Shown here piece after piece: positions 37,980 through 50,422 of a stretch of DNA of 64,000 nucleotides. Location: assembly GCF_018350175.1 (NCBI RefSeq), contig NC_058373.1, positions 106,890,001-106,954,000 on the forward strand. Reading direction: 5' to 3'. Position numbers and translations under genes: made by a program. The stretch is from Felis catus (Eukaryota). Within the stretch, counting starts at the first letter, position 1, and every line of letters starts with the position of its first letter. The notes under the pieces are model-generated. The model was not told where the DNA came from and did not search any database. It was given only the letters and a program-made list of their open reading frames with translations.

Positions 37980-38660
37980 AAAACGGCCTCCAGCCCAAGC
38001 CGGGAGGCGGGGAGAAAGGAGGATTCGGCGGCGCTGAAGACAGCCGCAGCCGCTGCCTAATGGGCAAAACCTGCTTGCGAGAGGGAGTGGGAGCCGTTAA
38101 AAAATAACTTCCCGGCTTAATGACCGAGGCAGGCTTATTCACCGGGAAGGGGGAGCGGCGTGGGGTTGTTACTAAACATAACAGATGGCAGCTGTCTGCG
38201 GCTATCTAGGGCGCACTGACAAATCCCCGGGACGGCCCCACTGCGCTCACGGCTGCGCGAGGGGGGCGGCGGGCGTGGTGCAGCTGCCGCCAGGCTCAGA
38301 GGGCGCCGCCAGGCTCAGAGGGCGCTGCCCGCGGAGCACCCGGGAGGAGGTCGCCGTCCGCCAGGCCCCAGGAGTGGGCTGAGCGTGGCTCCCGACTCCG
38401 AGACACTACAAGTTTGGTCTAACTCCTGGGCTGGGGGCTGCGCCGGGCAGGCGAGGCCTCTCCGTGGCTTCATCTGCCCTCTGCACCTGCGGGCGCCCGG
38501 CCTCAGGCGGCGCTCAGGTGGCTCGCCCGCCCCGATACGGATACCCCCAGCTCCAGCTCTCAGGGGGATGTTAATGAAGCGTACAAGCATTTATCCAGGC
38601 CTGCGGGTGCTCCTCGCCTGGGAGTTGTGTGCAGATGAGCAAAGACATGGTCGCCCTCGT
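37980..38660. promoter_or_regulatory. Orphan CpG island (promoter- or enhancer-like)
   Basis: Sharp rise in GC and CpG in non-repetitive sequence; GC boxes at 38002-38012 and 38263-38269, KLF-like GGGCGTGG at 38271-38278; no recognisable coding exon. Confidence 0.85.
38286..38323 (+). repeat. Exact 19-bp tandem duplication in the CpG island
   Basis: GCCGCCAGGCTCAGAGGGC x2 (38286-38304, 38305-38323). Confidence 0.95.
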
Positions 38661-38865
38661 GTAAGCTTAAAAGCCAGGCTGTGGCTGGTAAAGTAGCTGG
38701 CACGCACACACTGAAGATGATACTGAACCACGCCTGAGAGTTAGTTTTGTGTGAAAGTGTCATAGCCATGGTTTCCAGGTGGTAAGCCTATTTTCCAAAC
38801 CCCAAGTCGATCATCCATAAACCCCAAATCATCCATATGCTACCCTTTATATCTGTCAATGACTT

Positions 38866-39062
38866 AAAATTTTTTTTAATGTTTATTTATTTTTGAGAGA
38901 GAAAGCGAGGGGCAGAGAGAGAGGGAGACACAGAATCCTAAGCAGGCTCCAGGCTCTGAGCTGTCAGCACAGAGCCTGACCTGGGGCTCCAACCCAGGAA
39001 TCGTGAGATCATTACCCGAGCCAAAGTCCAATCCTTAACAGACTGAGCCACCCAGATGCCCC
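38866..39062 (-). mobile_element. SINEC
   Basis: Antisense tail and body ending cacccagatgcccc; short TSD AATGACTT (38858-38865, 39064-39071). Confidence 0.92.
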
Positions 39063-40169
39063 AAATGACTTTTTTCTATGACTTGGATATTCAGATGGGG
39101 AAAATCTTACAAAGCTAGGCAAGTTAAATTGCTTTTAGAGATACATTAAAAATATTTTAATTGAAAACGATAAAACTGGACAGCACTAGCAGTTGGGGAT
39201 GATTTCTGAAACACAGAGAAGGAGAGTTAGGCTTCTGAGTTACCGCTGGGGTGGGGGAGTGCTGAGCAAAAGGAAAGGGATTTAAGAGTTCTGAGGGCTG
39301 AATAGCCATGCACCACTATAATTTTCAAGCTGCAAAGACCATTGAAAATTGAAGTCAGACGAATTGTTTCCATCAGACAGTTTATCTCTAAATAAGTGGG
39401 AACTGTCCCCAGTGAGGGAGCAGAGGAACTACTGAGCTTTCTAGCTAAGGTTCTAAGTGTCTGAAATGGGCTTCAGGAAGGACCAATAAGGTCATGGTGC
39501 ATTTCCTGCCTTTCACTCAGGCCCATGTGGCATGGAAAAGCCTCCTCACCTCAATCCTCATGGACTTTTTGTCTCCTCCATCAACAAATGTCAGGGACGA
39601 GGCTTTCTTATTTTCTTCTCAGTCGCCCGCAGTGCTTTTCACGGAAGCTGGGAAAGACCAAGTTTCATTCATTCATTCAACAAATGTTTGTCAAGTACCT
39701 TCTATCTGTTGAGCCCAGATGCTCAGACTCTGAACAAAACAGGTAAGAAACTCGGTCAGCGTGGAGCTGGCAAGACGCTAGAGAAATTGATAAAATCTAA
39801 GGACAGTATCAAACTGACAATGGTGTGGCACTAGTTTCCCTTAAATAGAATCCTTCCTTTTGACTTAGTGAGAATTTTGACACACTGAACATCCTCCATT
39901 CATGTGAAGCTATCACTGTGATTATTGAATGATTTCAAAGAAAAAGGCATCACTGATGGAGGAATCCATATGTTTGAAAGAATAGAAAAGAGGTCTAATT
40001 CCTTCTTATGAATTTGGTGAAGTTGATACCTAACTTCAGGGGACACGATCTATTCATCTGTTTTAACTTTCTCTCCCTCCCTTCTTCCTGTCTTCATTTC
40101 CCTCCTACCCCACCTTCAATTCCATGACCACGCATTATATCTTTTCCCTTGTGTCTGCCATAGGTTCTG

Positions 40170-41050
40170 TTTCAATGGTTTCCAAAGCCCAAAAGATATT
40201 GTATGTCCACCCTACATAAAGCCAGGACAGACTAACATACATGTCAAATTTCTTTGCTTTTGGCTACAGCATTTTTAATTCATTGTGGTAACACTGACTA
40301 TTTTACCAGTTACCTATTAAGGAGTATTTGGAAGGTAATACCAGGGTGCAACTTAAGGCCACAAAAAATATTAGATATAACTGACTGCACTCACACACAC
40401 ACTCACACATTCCAACTCATGCTTAAGTCAGCTCTATCATAAACTTATATGTACTCACGTTACAAACATGGGTTTATTTATTCTCTGTTAATCCCTGTGT
40501 TTTCTATATAGGATCTGGATTTTTAAAGCTCCTCTGTACTATTGTATAGGTTATGGCTATGGCTATAGTTATACTTACTGGAGGTGATTTAAGGTAACAT
40601 ATGGAATGAACTTAAACAATTTTTTTATTTAAAAAAATTTTTAATGTTTTTTATTTTTGAGAGAGAGAGACAGAGAGACAGAGCATGAGTGGGGGAGGGG
40701 CAGAGAGAGAGGGAAACACAGAATCTGAAGCAGGCTCCAAGCTCTGAGCTGTCAGCACAGAGCCCAAGGCAGGGCTCAAACTCATAGACTGCGAGATCAT
40801 GACCTGAGCCCAAGTCAGATGCTTAGCCGACTGAGCCACCAAGGTGCCCGTGAACTTAAACAATTTTTAAGTTATGTGTACATTTTAGGGTATATTAAAA
40901 AAATATAAATGGCTTATCAAAGCATTGTCTCACAGATATTACTTAGGATGAATACAAGTTTTTAAAAAGTGAGCTGATAAAAAATATTCAGTTAATTATA
41001 ACACATGGTAATCAGATACAACAAAAATAACATAAGCAGTAAGGAACACC
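40170..41050. mobile_element. Probable old hAT element (MER113-like) interrupted by a SINE
   Basis: ctcacagatattacttaggatga...aagtgagctgataaaaaatattcagttaattataacacatggta resembles the MER113 end (from recall). Confidence 0.4.
40625..40850 (-). mobile_element. SINEC
   Basis: Exact 18-bp TSD TGAACTTAAACAATTTTT (40607-40624, 40851-40868). Confidence 0.95.
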
Positions 41051-41133
41051 TAAAATATTTAAGTCATAGGTTTATATATGATCCAGGAGGACCAAAAAAG
41101 GCAACTGCACATGGCCCTAAAGAAAGGGCCCTT

Positions 41134-41292
41134 GGGGCACCTGGGTGGCTCAGTCGGTTAAGCATCCAACTCTTAATTTCATCTCACGTCATGATCTCAC
41201 AGTTCACGAGTTCGAGCTCCACATCAGGCTCTGTGCTGACAGCAGGGAGTCTGCTTGGGATTCTCTGTCTCCCTCTCTCTCTGCCCCTCCCC

Positions 41293-41326
<34 letters not shown>

Positions 41327-41355
41327 ATAAATAAACATTAAAAAAAAAAAGAAAG
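41134..41355 (+). mobile_element. SINEC
   Basis: Exact 15-bp TSD AAAGAAAGGGCCCTT (41119-41133, 41356-41370); (CT)n tract; A tail. Confidence 0.95.
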
Positions 41356-41675
41356 AAAGAAAGGGCCCTTAACAAAGTATGCTCCAGTTTGACTTTGCCA
41401 AACATTCCATTATTCCTCACTAGCAGACAAATAAAATCAGGTACAAATGGCTTTAAAAAAAAAATGGTGGGTTTTTTTTTCCTGCAATTTAAGGAAATTC
41501 TGCTATGAAAGTTTATCAACAGAACACCTTTTGGCTCATAGGACATCTGTGTTTCATGTGATCATGGCTTTAGATCTTTAGAGCTCAAGGGCATTAGAAA
41601 TATGCCAGAAATCCTCCAGTCACAGCAAAGCTGTTTCCTTTAGAAAATCACCCAGTATTTAAAAGTCTGTTTGAT

Positions 41676-41891
41676 GGGGCACCTGGGTGGCTCAGTCGGT
41701 TGAGTGTCCGACTTTAGCCCAGGTCATGATCTCGCGGTCTGTGGGTTTGAGCCCTGCATCGGGCTCTGTGCTGACAGCTCAGAGCCTGGAGCCTGCTTCG
41801 GAGTCTGTGTCTCCCTCTCTCTCTGCCCCTCCCCCACTCATGCTCTGTCTCTCTCTCTCTGTCAAAAATAAACATTTAAAAAAAAAAAAAG
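41676..41891 (+). mobile_element. SINEC
   Basis: TSD AAAAGTCTGTTTG (41661-41673, 41892-41904) at a canonical TT|AAAA L1-endonuclease site. Confidence 0.95.
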
Positions 41892-42057
41892 AAAAGTCTG
41901 TTTGGAAATCTTCATATAAATAATGAGCTATTTTTCACTTCCCTTTAACATTTTAACTTTCAACTCTAAGAAGCCCATTTAACAGAACTTCAAAACTTAA
42001 AATGGCTTTACTTATATTTCTATAGGAAGAAGCCACTGTAAAGATTCCAGATCACCC

Positions 42058-42228
42058 AGTGTTTCTCAGCGTGGGTACTAATGGCCTGGCAGAGTGTTTA
42101 GCATTGATGGTTCCTGGGTGCTAAATGCCCCTCCATCTTTTTTTGACCTTCAAAACTGCCCCCTCTATATACACACATCCCAAGTGTCCTCAGTGGGGCA
42201 GTACCGTCCTCACTTGAGCACACAACTG
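42058..42228. mobile_element. Probable MER20-like hAT fragment
   Basis: Starts CAGTGTTTCTCA, ends ...ttgagcacacaactg; internal caagtgtcctcagtggggca. Confidence 0.4.
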
Positions 42229-42859
42229 CCTAACTGACTGAAGCGAAACCAGAGACCCAGGAGGAAGAAGGGACCTGCCTGGAACCCACACTGAATTGGT
42301 ACTGTGTTGGGCTGCCAGACTGAAAAGAAGAAACACGGCCTCGGATGCTGAAGGATGACTGAAAGTTTACACAGGAGGTGAGGAAACCTAGGAAACATGT
42401 CAGGAAGTTGCTCACCAGGCCCCACAGAAAGGCAGAGCAAAGTTTTCTCACTGTTACAGATTGAGCAGACGTAGCTTTTCAAGGGAAGCTCGAGGGATTT
42501 GGCCACCATGTCATCTCTCCAAGGGACTCAGGCCACTGGGACACAGCCTCCTTCTAACTGCATCACCCTCTGCCTCTCTTCCTGCTTTGCTTCCCCTTTA
42601 TTGCTTCTGGCCCTGGTGCGCTCTTTCTGATTGTCTTACCTTCACACTTTCTCAAGAAAATACAAATGGGATCATTGGACATCACAATCTCAGGCATGCC
42701 TTTGGGGCCAAATTTTCTTGTCCGGCTACCCCACAGGCCACGGGTGAAACGCAAAGCTGACTGCTTTGGCTTAGGACCAGCAGCCTGTGTCCCCAGCTGG
42801 GGGCAGCACAGCTAGTGGGCATCTTGAGGTTCCATTGCTTAATTAGATTTGGAAGACCC

Positions 42860-42954
42860 ACTCCTGGGTTTGAAAGCCAGCTCCATCCCATAGCCTGTGT
42901 CACTTCAGCTGTCTGTGCCTCATAAATTGACACATTAATAGTACAGATCTCAAA

Positions 42955-43011
<57 letters not shown>

Positions 43012-43095
43012 AAATGAAATAAGGCATTAAAAGTACTTGGCACTTAGTAAGCATTGGCTGAACACTAGCCTGTTGCTACTATTGTTATTACTATT
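42860..43095 (+). mobile_element. MIR containing a (TG)n microsatellite
   Basis: cctgggtttgaaagccagctcca...tctgtgcctca...ttaaatgaaata...cttggcacttagtaagc. Confidence 0.65.
42962..43007 (+). repeat. (TG)23 microsatellite
   Basis: Perfect dinucleotide run. Confidence 0.97.
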
Positions 43096-43877
43096 AATAA
43101 GTAAAAAATGGATTATTATTTTTATTAAGCAGAAAGTTAAAACTTGTATCTCCTGACCACCATCCCACACTTCCACCCAGCAGTGCTTTGCAGACTTTTC
43201 TATTCAAGTATCTCTATTGGCCAAAGGCAGTGAAGATGCAGAAGACTCCAGGGAGGAAGGTGAAGGGAGGAGGTTCTAAGTGTCTAAGGCAAGGCTGGTG
43301 TTTGTTTGAAATCATTTATTTTATCTTTGTTTGATATTCTATTTCAAACATCACTTATACAGCAAGAATAGATTCAATGTGCTTTTTAATATGCTATTCC
43401 TGAATATGGCCATGCCTGTTTTAATACAAAATGTTTTAAATTACTTACCAGTTCAAACATTTAGTGTTTGTCCAAAAACTCTTCAGAAAAATCAGTGTGC
43501 CAGTGAGTATTCACCACGTTTCTCTCCAAGCACATGCCTAGGGGCACACATACCTCATTCTGTGTCACCATAATCCTTATGCCTTCATGGTTACAGGTTT
43601 TCCTTCCAGAAAGATCCAGTAGAAAAACATGCAGTCATTAGATTGTCAAGTATTTATGAAATTTTATTATGTGCAAGATATGTAGTAAGTGCTACAGGGG
43701 ATTCAACCACACGTTACTTCTATGAAACTTCACGTTTAGCTATGCTAGTGATGTCTTCTGGATGTGACCCACATCTCTCAACCTCCCCAGTTGGTGAGGA
43801 GGGATGTAAACCCATTCATGCCCAAATTTTAGGGGCCTTAAATCCCATGCTCCCTACTTGGCCACAGAAAACACCTT

Positions 43878-43993
43878 CTTTTTGTTTTTAATTTTTTCTT
43901 TGCTTTTTTGTAAATTAATCTCTACACCCAACATGAGGCTCAACCCCGAGATCAAGAGTCACATCCTCTACTGACTGAGCCAGCCAGGCGCTC
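43878..43993 (-). mobile_element. Short old carnivore SINE (SINEC_old-like)
   Basis: ctctacacccaacatgaggctcaaccccgagatcaagagtcacatcctctactgactgagccagccaggcgc. Confidence 0.85.
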
Positions 43994-44959
43994 TCACCTT
44001 TTATGTAGTCCCCTCTTACTAAAGTATTTCTAGAAACTCCCAAGGTCCTTACAGGAATCCATAAATAGTCCCAGTCATCACTTGTTGCTGGTGGAGGCCA
44101 AATCACAACTGAGTCTCAGGATCAACAAATCTATAGGCTGGTACCTGCACTTGTTGCCATTGCCTCCACCAGGTGACAGTAGGGCTGAAAATGTGGTATG
44201 CCCCAATACCAGGGGGCATCACTCTTCTCATGAAGCCAGAAGAATCTGTTTTTACTTTTGCCCACTTGGAGTCCCAAAGCAAGATTGCTTGAGCTCCCAA
44301 GTATTAGGTACAGAGTGTTACCTTCCTTCTTTTGCTGCCTGTTTCAGGACTCGGCTGCCTCCAGCCTCTAGGGTTCCACAGAGGTGCTGCCCGAGTGTTA
44401 CTTATTCTCATTCTTTGCTGTCACCACTGCCTGGATGTGGACAGAGCAGAAAACCCTCATTGGCTCAATGCAAGGAGAACGGGACTGTGGTCTCCTTGAG
44501 ACTGATAGACCTTCAAGGTGGGGTTATACCATAAGGCCACAGATCCACGTTATCACTCAGGAACAGTAAGAAGAATGCATCTTCTGGATTGTAGTCAGTT
44601 TGTGGGTAGAGGGAAATATGTTCCACCGCAAGTCAACTTGAGCCCTACAGTGTCACAGCCCCTCCTGTGCACACACAGAACCCCACATCTTATGACATGG
44701 GATGTAAATAGAGCTGACTCTCACCTCATTTTCTGCAAGCATTTCCCACTATTTGGTTTTGATTATGGCTGCATATTTCCAAACCCCAGGCAAACAAGGA
44801 TAAAATCTTTTTATAGGGGGTTCCTTGGCCCTTATGTAAATCAGTAAATAAAAAATAGTGCTGGGAACCCCTGCCAGTTCCAGGGATGTGCCATATTCCC
44901 TCCAAATTCCCAGCCTTTGCTATTCCCTTTATCTCTTTTCCCTATTCCTCTCTCCTTTC

Positions 44960-45230
44960 TCAGGCCACTCATTCTGAGTAATTCCTAATCTTCCTTCAGG
45001 TCTGACATCTTTCCTCTATGAAAGCTTCATTGACCCCAGGCCCCCAAATTCTGAACTGGGTGCCCTTCCACTGTTATCACAGAAACCTCCCAACTGTCCC
45101 TTATTACACTTTACTGTAGTTGCATGTTTGATTGTCTCTCCCCTGGAAGACTTAATTCTGTGAGGGAGGGGATTATAACTATGAAGAGGCCAGCAACTTC
45201 AACAGAGACGCCACTGGCATTTGTTGAGTA
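44960..45230 (+). mobile_element. L2 3' fragment
   Basis: tcctaatcttccttcagg...cctctatgaaagctt...tgtctctcccctggaagact...ctgtgagggaggg...catttgttgagt. Confidence 0.55.
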
Positions 45231-45889
45231 TGGCTTAGCTCCACTCTCCAGAAGCCTTCTGTGTCTAAGGTAAACAGGAGAGAAATAGGTATGTGGGCAG
45301 GATATTTTCTTTTGGGCTAAGTCATATTCAAATGACAAATATGACCAAACTGTGATATGGCCAATCTGAACCATTTTACCAAATGATTCAATTCACTTTG
45401 TCCCCAACAGTAATATCAGTGACAGAGAAACTGGTTGGTGATGCAATCTTGTTCTGCAAAACAGGAGGTCTGTCAGCTACTTAATCATGGTGTGATAAAC
45501 CTGACTGTGAAAACAGACATAATACTTGACATAGAGGGACTTGGACTTAGGAAGGCCTATTATTGCAACTAAATAGTAAAGCTCCCCTTACAATAGCTTT
45601 GCCAATAGGAAAACTGCTAGAATAGCTGCACATAAAACCAGCAAGTTTGTGAAAAGTGAGAAGAGTGTGGTACACAGCAGAGTGTGGCAGAGAGGAAAGC
45701 AGGAGATGGAGCCCTACCTCCACCACTTCACGGTTTTGTGCCTCGAGTCTCTAGAATGAGGAGCAGGCTGGAATAAGCTTGTCTTGTTCTCCCGCACGGA
45801 CATTGGGTCATCACTGTAGGCAAAGGCCCACCTCAGGCCCATGATAGGCAATAGCAGAGGTCACTGCACCTGAACTTTCAAGGATGTGG

Positions 45890-46135
45890 GGCTGCACAGT
45901 AGTTAGGAGTCCGGGTCTCAGAGAAGCAAACCTGGGTTCGATCCCCCATGAGTGAGCCTCTTATGCACTGTGTGACCTTGGACAATGCTCTTGCATAGGA
46001 CTCCGTTTCTTCATCTGTAAAGTGGAGATGATAGTACCACCTTTATCAGGTTGTTGTGATGAAGTGAGAAAAGTTGTAACACATAAAGTACTCAGAACAG
46101 TGCCAGGCACGCTCCCAATAAATGCTTGCTCTTCT
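45890..46135 (+). mobile_element. Near full-length MIR
   Basis: gtagttaggag...cctgggttcgatccc...tgtgtgaccttggacaa...tttcttcatctgtaaagtggagatgatagtac...cagaacagtgccaggcac...caataaatg. Confidence 0.88.
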
Positions 46136-48089
46136 TGTTAACTGACTACATGGTTCATAATACATTTATATGCTCGTAATATGTGTCTGCTTTTTAAAGC
46201 TAAAGCAACAAATAGTGTATCTGCCATTAGTAATAGAGCCTTTCTCACATGGTTCTGTCTCCACATTGTCTACGGTCCTGTTAGGCTCCCACTTCTCAAA
46301 TACACATGACAGCTGCTATCTATGGCATTGGGAGTCAACTCCCATTATTTCCACTTCAAGGGAGCATTTGTGGAAGTCAGGTAATTGCATATAGCATTTT
46401 GATCTACCTCATAAGCTGTGGCAGTTGATGGTGAAAATTGAAATGCCTATAAATTATTTCTTTTAAAGAAAGGAAACCATGGTGGTTATTTTTTATAGCA
46501 TTATGGTGCATTGTAAAAGTAAGAACTCTTTTTTGAAACTCATTTTTAAGAAGGGATATTTTTTCTTTGTCAGTGAAGCTATATACCTTATGTTATTGCA
46601 GACTTCCTGGCATGGCATGTTTTCTAGCATTTACTGATGAACTACAAATATTCCTTTGTACATTCTCTGGGTAATAGCTAGGAAATGGAAATAAGCAAGA
46701 TCCGTATTTACCAAAATTCAGTCTTTCAGATTTTCAAAACAAACTTATAGTGGAGTAAAATAAACATATTTTTTAAAAAGTAGTCCACAGAAATAGAATG
46801 CAAGAAAAATGTTGGCTTTCTTATACAGAGATTTACTCTTTTATAATTAATTTGTAAGTGGGTTATGTCATAATGAATAATTCAATCCACTTTCTAAATT
46901 TTTTGACTGGTAAATTCAGTGAGGGAGACTTAGCCATAATCTTGAGAATTGCTGGCAGGGAAAGTCAGGTATTCAGAGAAAAGGAGAAAAGACTTTTTAC
47001 TTCTTAGTTATGAAAAAGACAATCCTCCATCTCCACTGCCTATATTCGCAGCATGAAGAATCTGCCACCCATTGAATTGAAACTTTGGGGTCTCCATGTC
47101 ACTTGCTAGAAAATCACAAAGTAAACAAATTTCATGATATTTATTTCTAATTATTTTTATTTTTGGCAGGGTCACAAAACGACTCAAAGGCCCAGAGTAA
47201 AGTACATCGGATGGAAAAAAGATCCTTCTACTTTTTTGACTGATAAGGCTAAGAGGATCTTTTAGGGGTTGTCTAGTTTAGTGTGGGCACAAAAGTGGAT
47301 TGGGTGAGTTTCAGAGATTTCAAAGATGTTGCAAAGACTATGAAAGATTTAGCTCACTTTTTAAGTCAATTTCCTATGTTTTTGTTAGACGACAACCATA
47401 ATTTGTTACATGATAACTATTTGCCATGATAATTTAAAAATAAAACTAATTATCAATTCAAGGCAGCATCTCAAGCCCTTGTTTAAAACCGCTTCCAACC
47501 CCCTGCCTAACTCCCAGAATAGATGAGAGTTGCCAGTGATAGCACTGAGTCACTCTCATGGTGTCCTTGGTGATAAAAATCTTTCGTATGTTTGTATAGT
47601 AGAGTTGTAGCAACAAAAATCGTCATCAACCTTATTGGAACATTTGAAAGTTGTAATGGAATTAAATTTAAGCTATAGAGTAAAAGTCTATATCATTTTT
47701 TATTTACTCTCTTCTGTTTCCACAGAAGCAAAATATAAACTCAATATTATTACAATTTTCAACTATTAATGACATTATTATTTTTGTACTACAGCCCAAA
47801 CAGTAAAAGTTTGCAAGGTTTTGATCAGTTTCCCTGCTTCTACCCTCTCCACAGGGCCTTCTTAGAAACAAGCATGGCCTTCTTGGTCAACTTCCCCAAT
47901 ACCTTTTCCCACAGGATTAAGCACACAACTCTCAACTGCAGCTACTTTCTGTACAACATATCCGAACCATTCCCTTTACCTGGACTCCTCTTGCCTGAAC
48001 TTTGTACTCCAGCAAACCGGACTACTCACAAGAAGCAACTTTTCCTGTCTACATCATCTCTACCTGTTGAAATCCTAGCCATCTTCATT

Positions 48090-48330
48090 GCTACTAGGCA
48101 CTGTTTTCCCTGTGCTTATGATGTTCCAGATAATGCCCTCAGCACACCATAGTGCATCATCTGGGGTAATCCCCAACACAACCCAGGAAGTGAGTAATAA
48201 CACAATACCTGAATCTAAAACATGAAAAGTAAAATGACTTGCTTCAAGTCATACCACTAGTGCATGGGATGGAGCCAGGAGTCAAAGGCAGGTCTGTGAA
48301 TTCCATGCTCAAACCACTTCACCACCTGCT
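48090..48330 (-). mobile_element. MIR inserted among L2 fragments
   Basis: ctatgatgttccagataatgcc...aatccccaacacaaccc...aaatgacttgcttcaagtcatacc...ggagccaggagtcaaaggcaggtctg. Confidence 0.65.
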
Positions 48331-49455
48331 GCTTCACAACTTTCTCAAGAGCAGCCTCTTGAGAGGCTGTAAAGTTTTGCCTAACTTCCCATCCAGTTTT
48401 GATAGATCACTCCTTAGAACTGGGGACTGGGGACTGCTTTCTGTTCATCTCTGTGCCTCTTGCAGCACATCCCACAGGCTGAATCACATAATGGGGGCTC
48501 ACTATGTACCTGTTAAATCAACTTTACCTGGAGAACAACTTATCACGAAATGTCACAGACCTGATAGTAAATTCAGTGGAAGTTCGGAAGAGAGAGGTTG
48601 AACCGTCTCAAATGGCTTCCTGTAGGGGTGGAGCTAGAAGTGGTGATAATGTAAGTGAAAACAAGGGAGGAGGAAGGATCGTGGTCTACATGAAGCACTA
48701 TGAAAGAAGTAGTGCCTAGTGGATTCAATGACTTAATGTGCTTTGGGGAAGGTTATGAGATTGGATAGATTAAATGGGCTTTATGGATTATAGAATGCTA
48801 TGAGTGCCAGGCAGAGGAATGCATATAAAGCTTCTTGCTGCTTTTATATTCTTCTGTGACACTGTGTTCCTGACATTCATCTATGTTGTTGTGTGCCATT
48901 TTAGTTCATTCATTTTCAATATTGTATAATATTCTATTGTATGACTGGTATCACAATTTATTTATCTATTCTCACATGGATAATATTTGGGTTATTTCCA
49001 GGTTTTTGACTATTATGAATTTTGCAGCTATGAATATTCTTGTACATGTTTCCTGGTACGTATAGTTAATGGTTGCATCATATGGTAGGGATGTCTTCAA
49101 GTTTTTTAGATAAGGCCAACTTGTTTTCCCAAGTGATTGTAATAATTTACACTCCCACCAGCAGTGAAGAGTTTCTCTTCCTCCACATTTTTTCCAATAC
49201 TTGATTTGGTCATACTTTAAAATTTTTGCTGATTTGAGGAGTATGAAATGTTATCTCAAATGTTCTGTTATTCTGACATTTTTTATTGTTGGTCTTTTCC
49301 TCCACAGTTTGTGCTTTTAGTGGCTTAAGAACTAGCTCTCCATTATCAGGCCACAAATATATTCATCTTCTTAAAGCGTGATAGTTTTGTCTTTCACATT
49401 CAAGTCTGTAATCCACCTGGAATTTCCATTTAGATCTGTGTTTGGGAGTGTTCTT

Positions 49456-49472
49456 CCCCCCCCCCCCCCCCC
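49456..49472 (+). repeat. C17 homopolymer
   Basis: 17 consecutive C. Confidence 0.95.
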
Positions 49473-49647
49473 ATGCTCCTTTCCATGTTTGTTAAACTGT
49501 TAAAAGTGAAAGAGTTTGGTGTTTAATCTCTGTGACATTTTTTAACTACTAAATTCGATTCCTTTAATGGTTATAAAACCATGCAGGTTTCCTATTATTT
49601 CTTGAATCAGTTTTAAGATTTATAGATATATTTTTAGAATTTGCCCA

Positions 49648-49863
49648 GGGGTGCCTTGGTGGCTCAGTTGTTAAACGTCCAACTTCGGCTCAGGTCATGA
49701 TCTCACAGTTCGTAGGTTCGAGCTCCACTTTGGGCTCTGTGCTGACAGCTCAGAGCCTGGATCCTGCTTGGGATCCAGATCCTGTCTCCTTCTCTCTCTG
49801 CCCCTCCCCTGCTCATGCTCTGTCTGTCTCCCTCTCAAAAATAAATAAACATTAAAAAAAAAA
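49648..49863 (+). mobile_element. SINEC
   Basis: GGGGTGCCTTGGTGGCTCAG head; TSD AGAAT(T/C)TG(C/T)CCA (49636-49647, 49864-49875). Confidence 0.93.
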
Positions 49864-50222
49864 AGAATCTGTCCATGTCTTCTAAATTTTCAAATGTATT
49901 TGCAACCTGTTGTTCATAATATCCTTATAATTTTAAAAAATCTCTGCTGCGTCTATAGTTGTGCCTTTTCATTCCTGATTTGGTTTATATATGTCCTCTA
50001 CTTTTTACTTGATCAATCTTTATGTAAATTTGTAAGTTATGTCTTTTCAAATAGCTAATTTAGGAGTTTGTTGATTCTCTATTTTCTACTTCACGAATTT
50101 ATGCTCTTAATCATTTTCTTTCTCTTCTTTCTCAATTTATCTTTTCTACAATTTTTTTTGTAACTTCTAATGTTTAGCCTTTCTTCTTTTCTAATGTAAG
50201 TATTAAAAACTGTATTTTTTCA

Positions 50223-50422
50223 GGGGGAGCCTGGGTGGCTTAGTTGGTTAAGTATCCAACTCTGGATTTTGGCTTAGATCATGATCTCATGGTTCATGAG
50301 TTCAAGCCCCGCATGGGGCTCTGTGCTGGCAGTGCAAAGCCTGCTTGGGATTCTCTCTCTCTCCGTCTCTCTTTCCTCCTCCACTTGTGCTCTCTCTCTC
50401 TCTCTAAGTAAATTTTAAAAAA
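50223..50422 (+). mobile_element. SINEC (older)
   Basis: GGGGGAGCCTGGGTGGCTTAG head, B-box GTTCAAGCC, CT tract, short A tail. Confidence 0.9.

Noticed and set aside
38185..38769. Overlapping ORFs in the CpG island
   Set aside because: Expected from stop-codon depletion in GC-rich DNA; Arg/Gly/Ala/Pro-rich with no family resemblance
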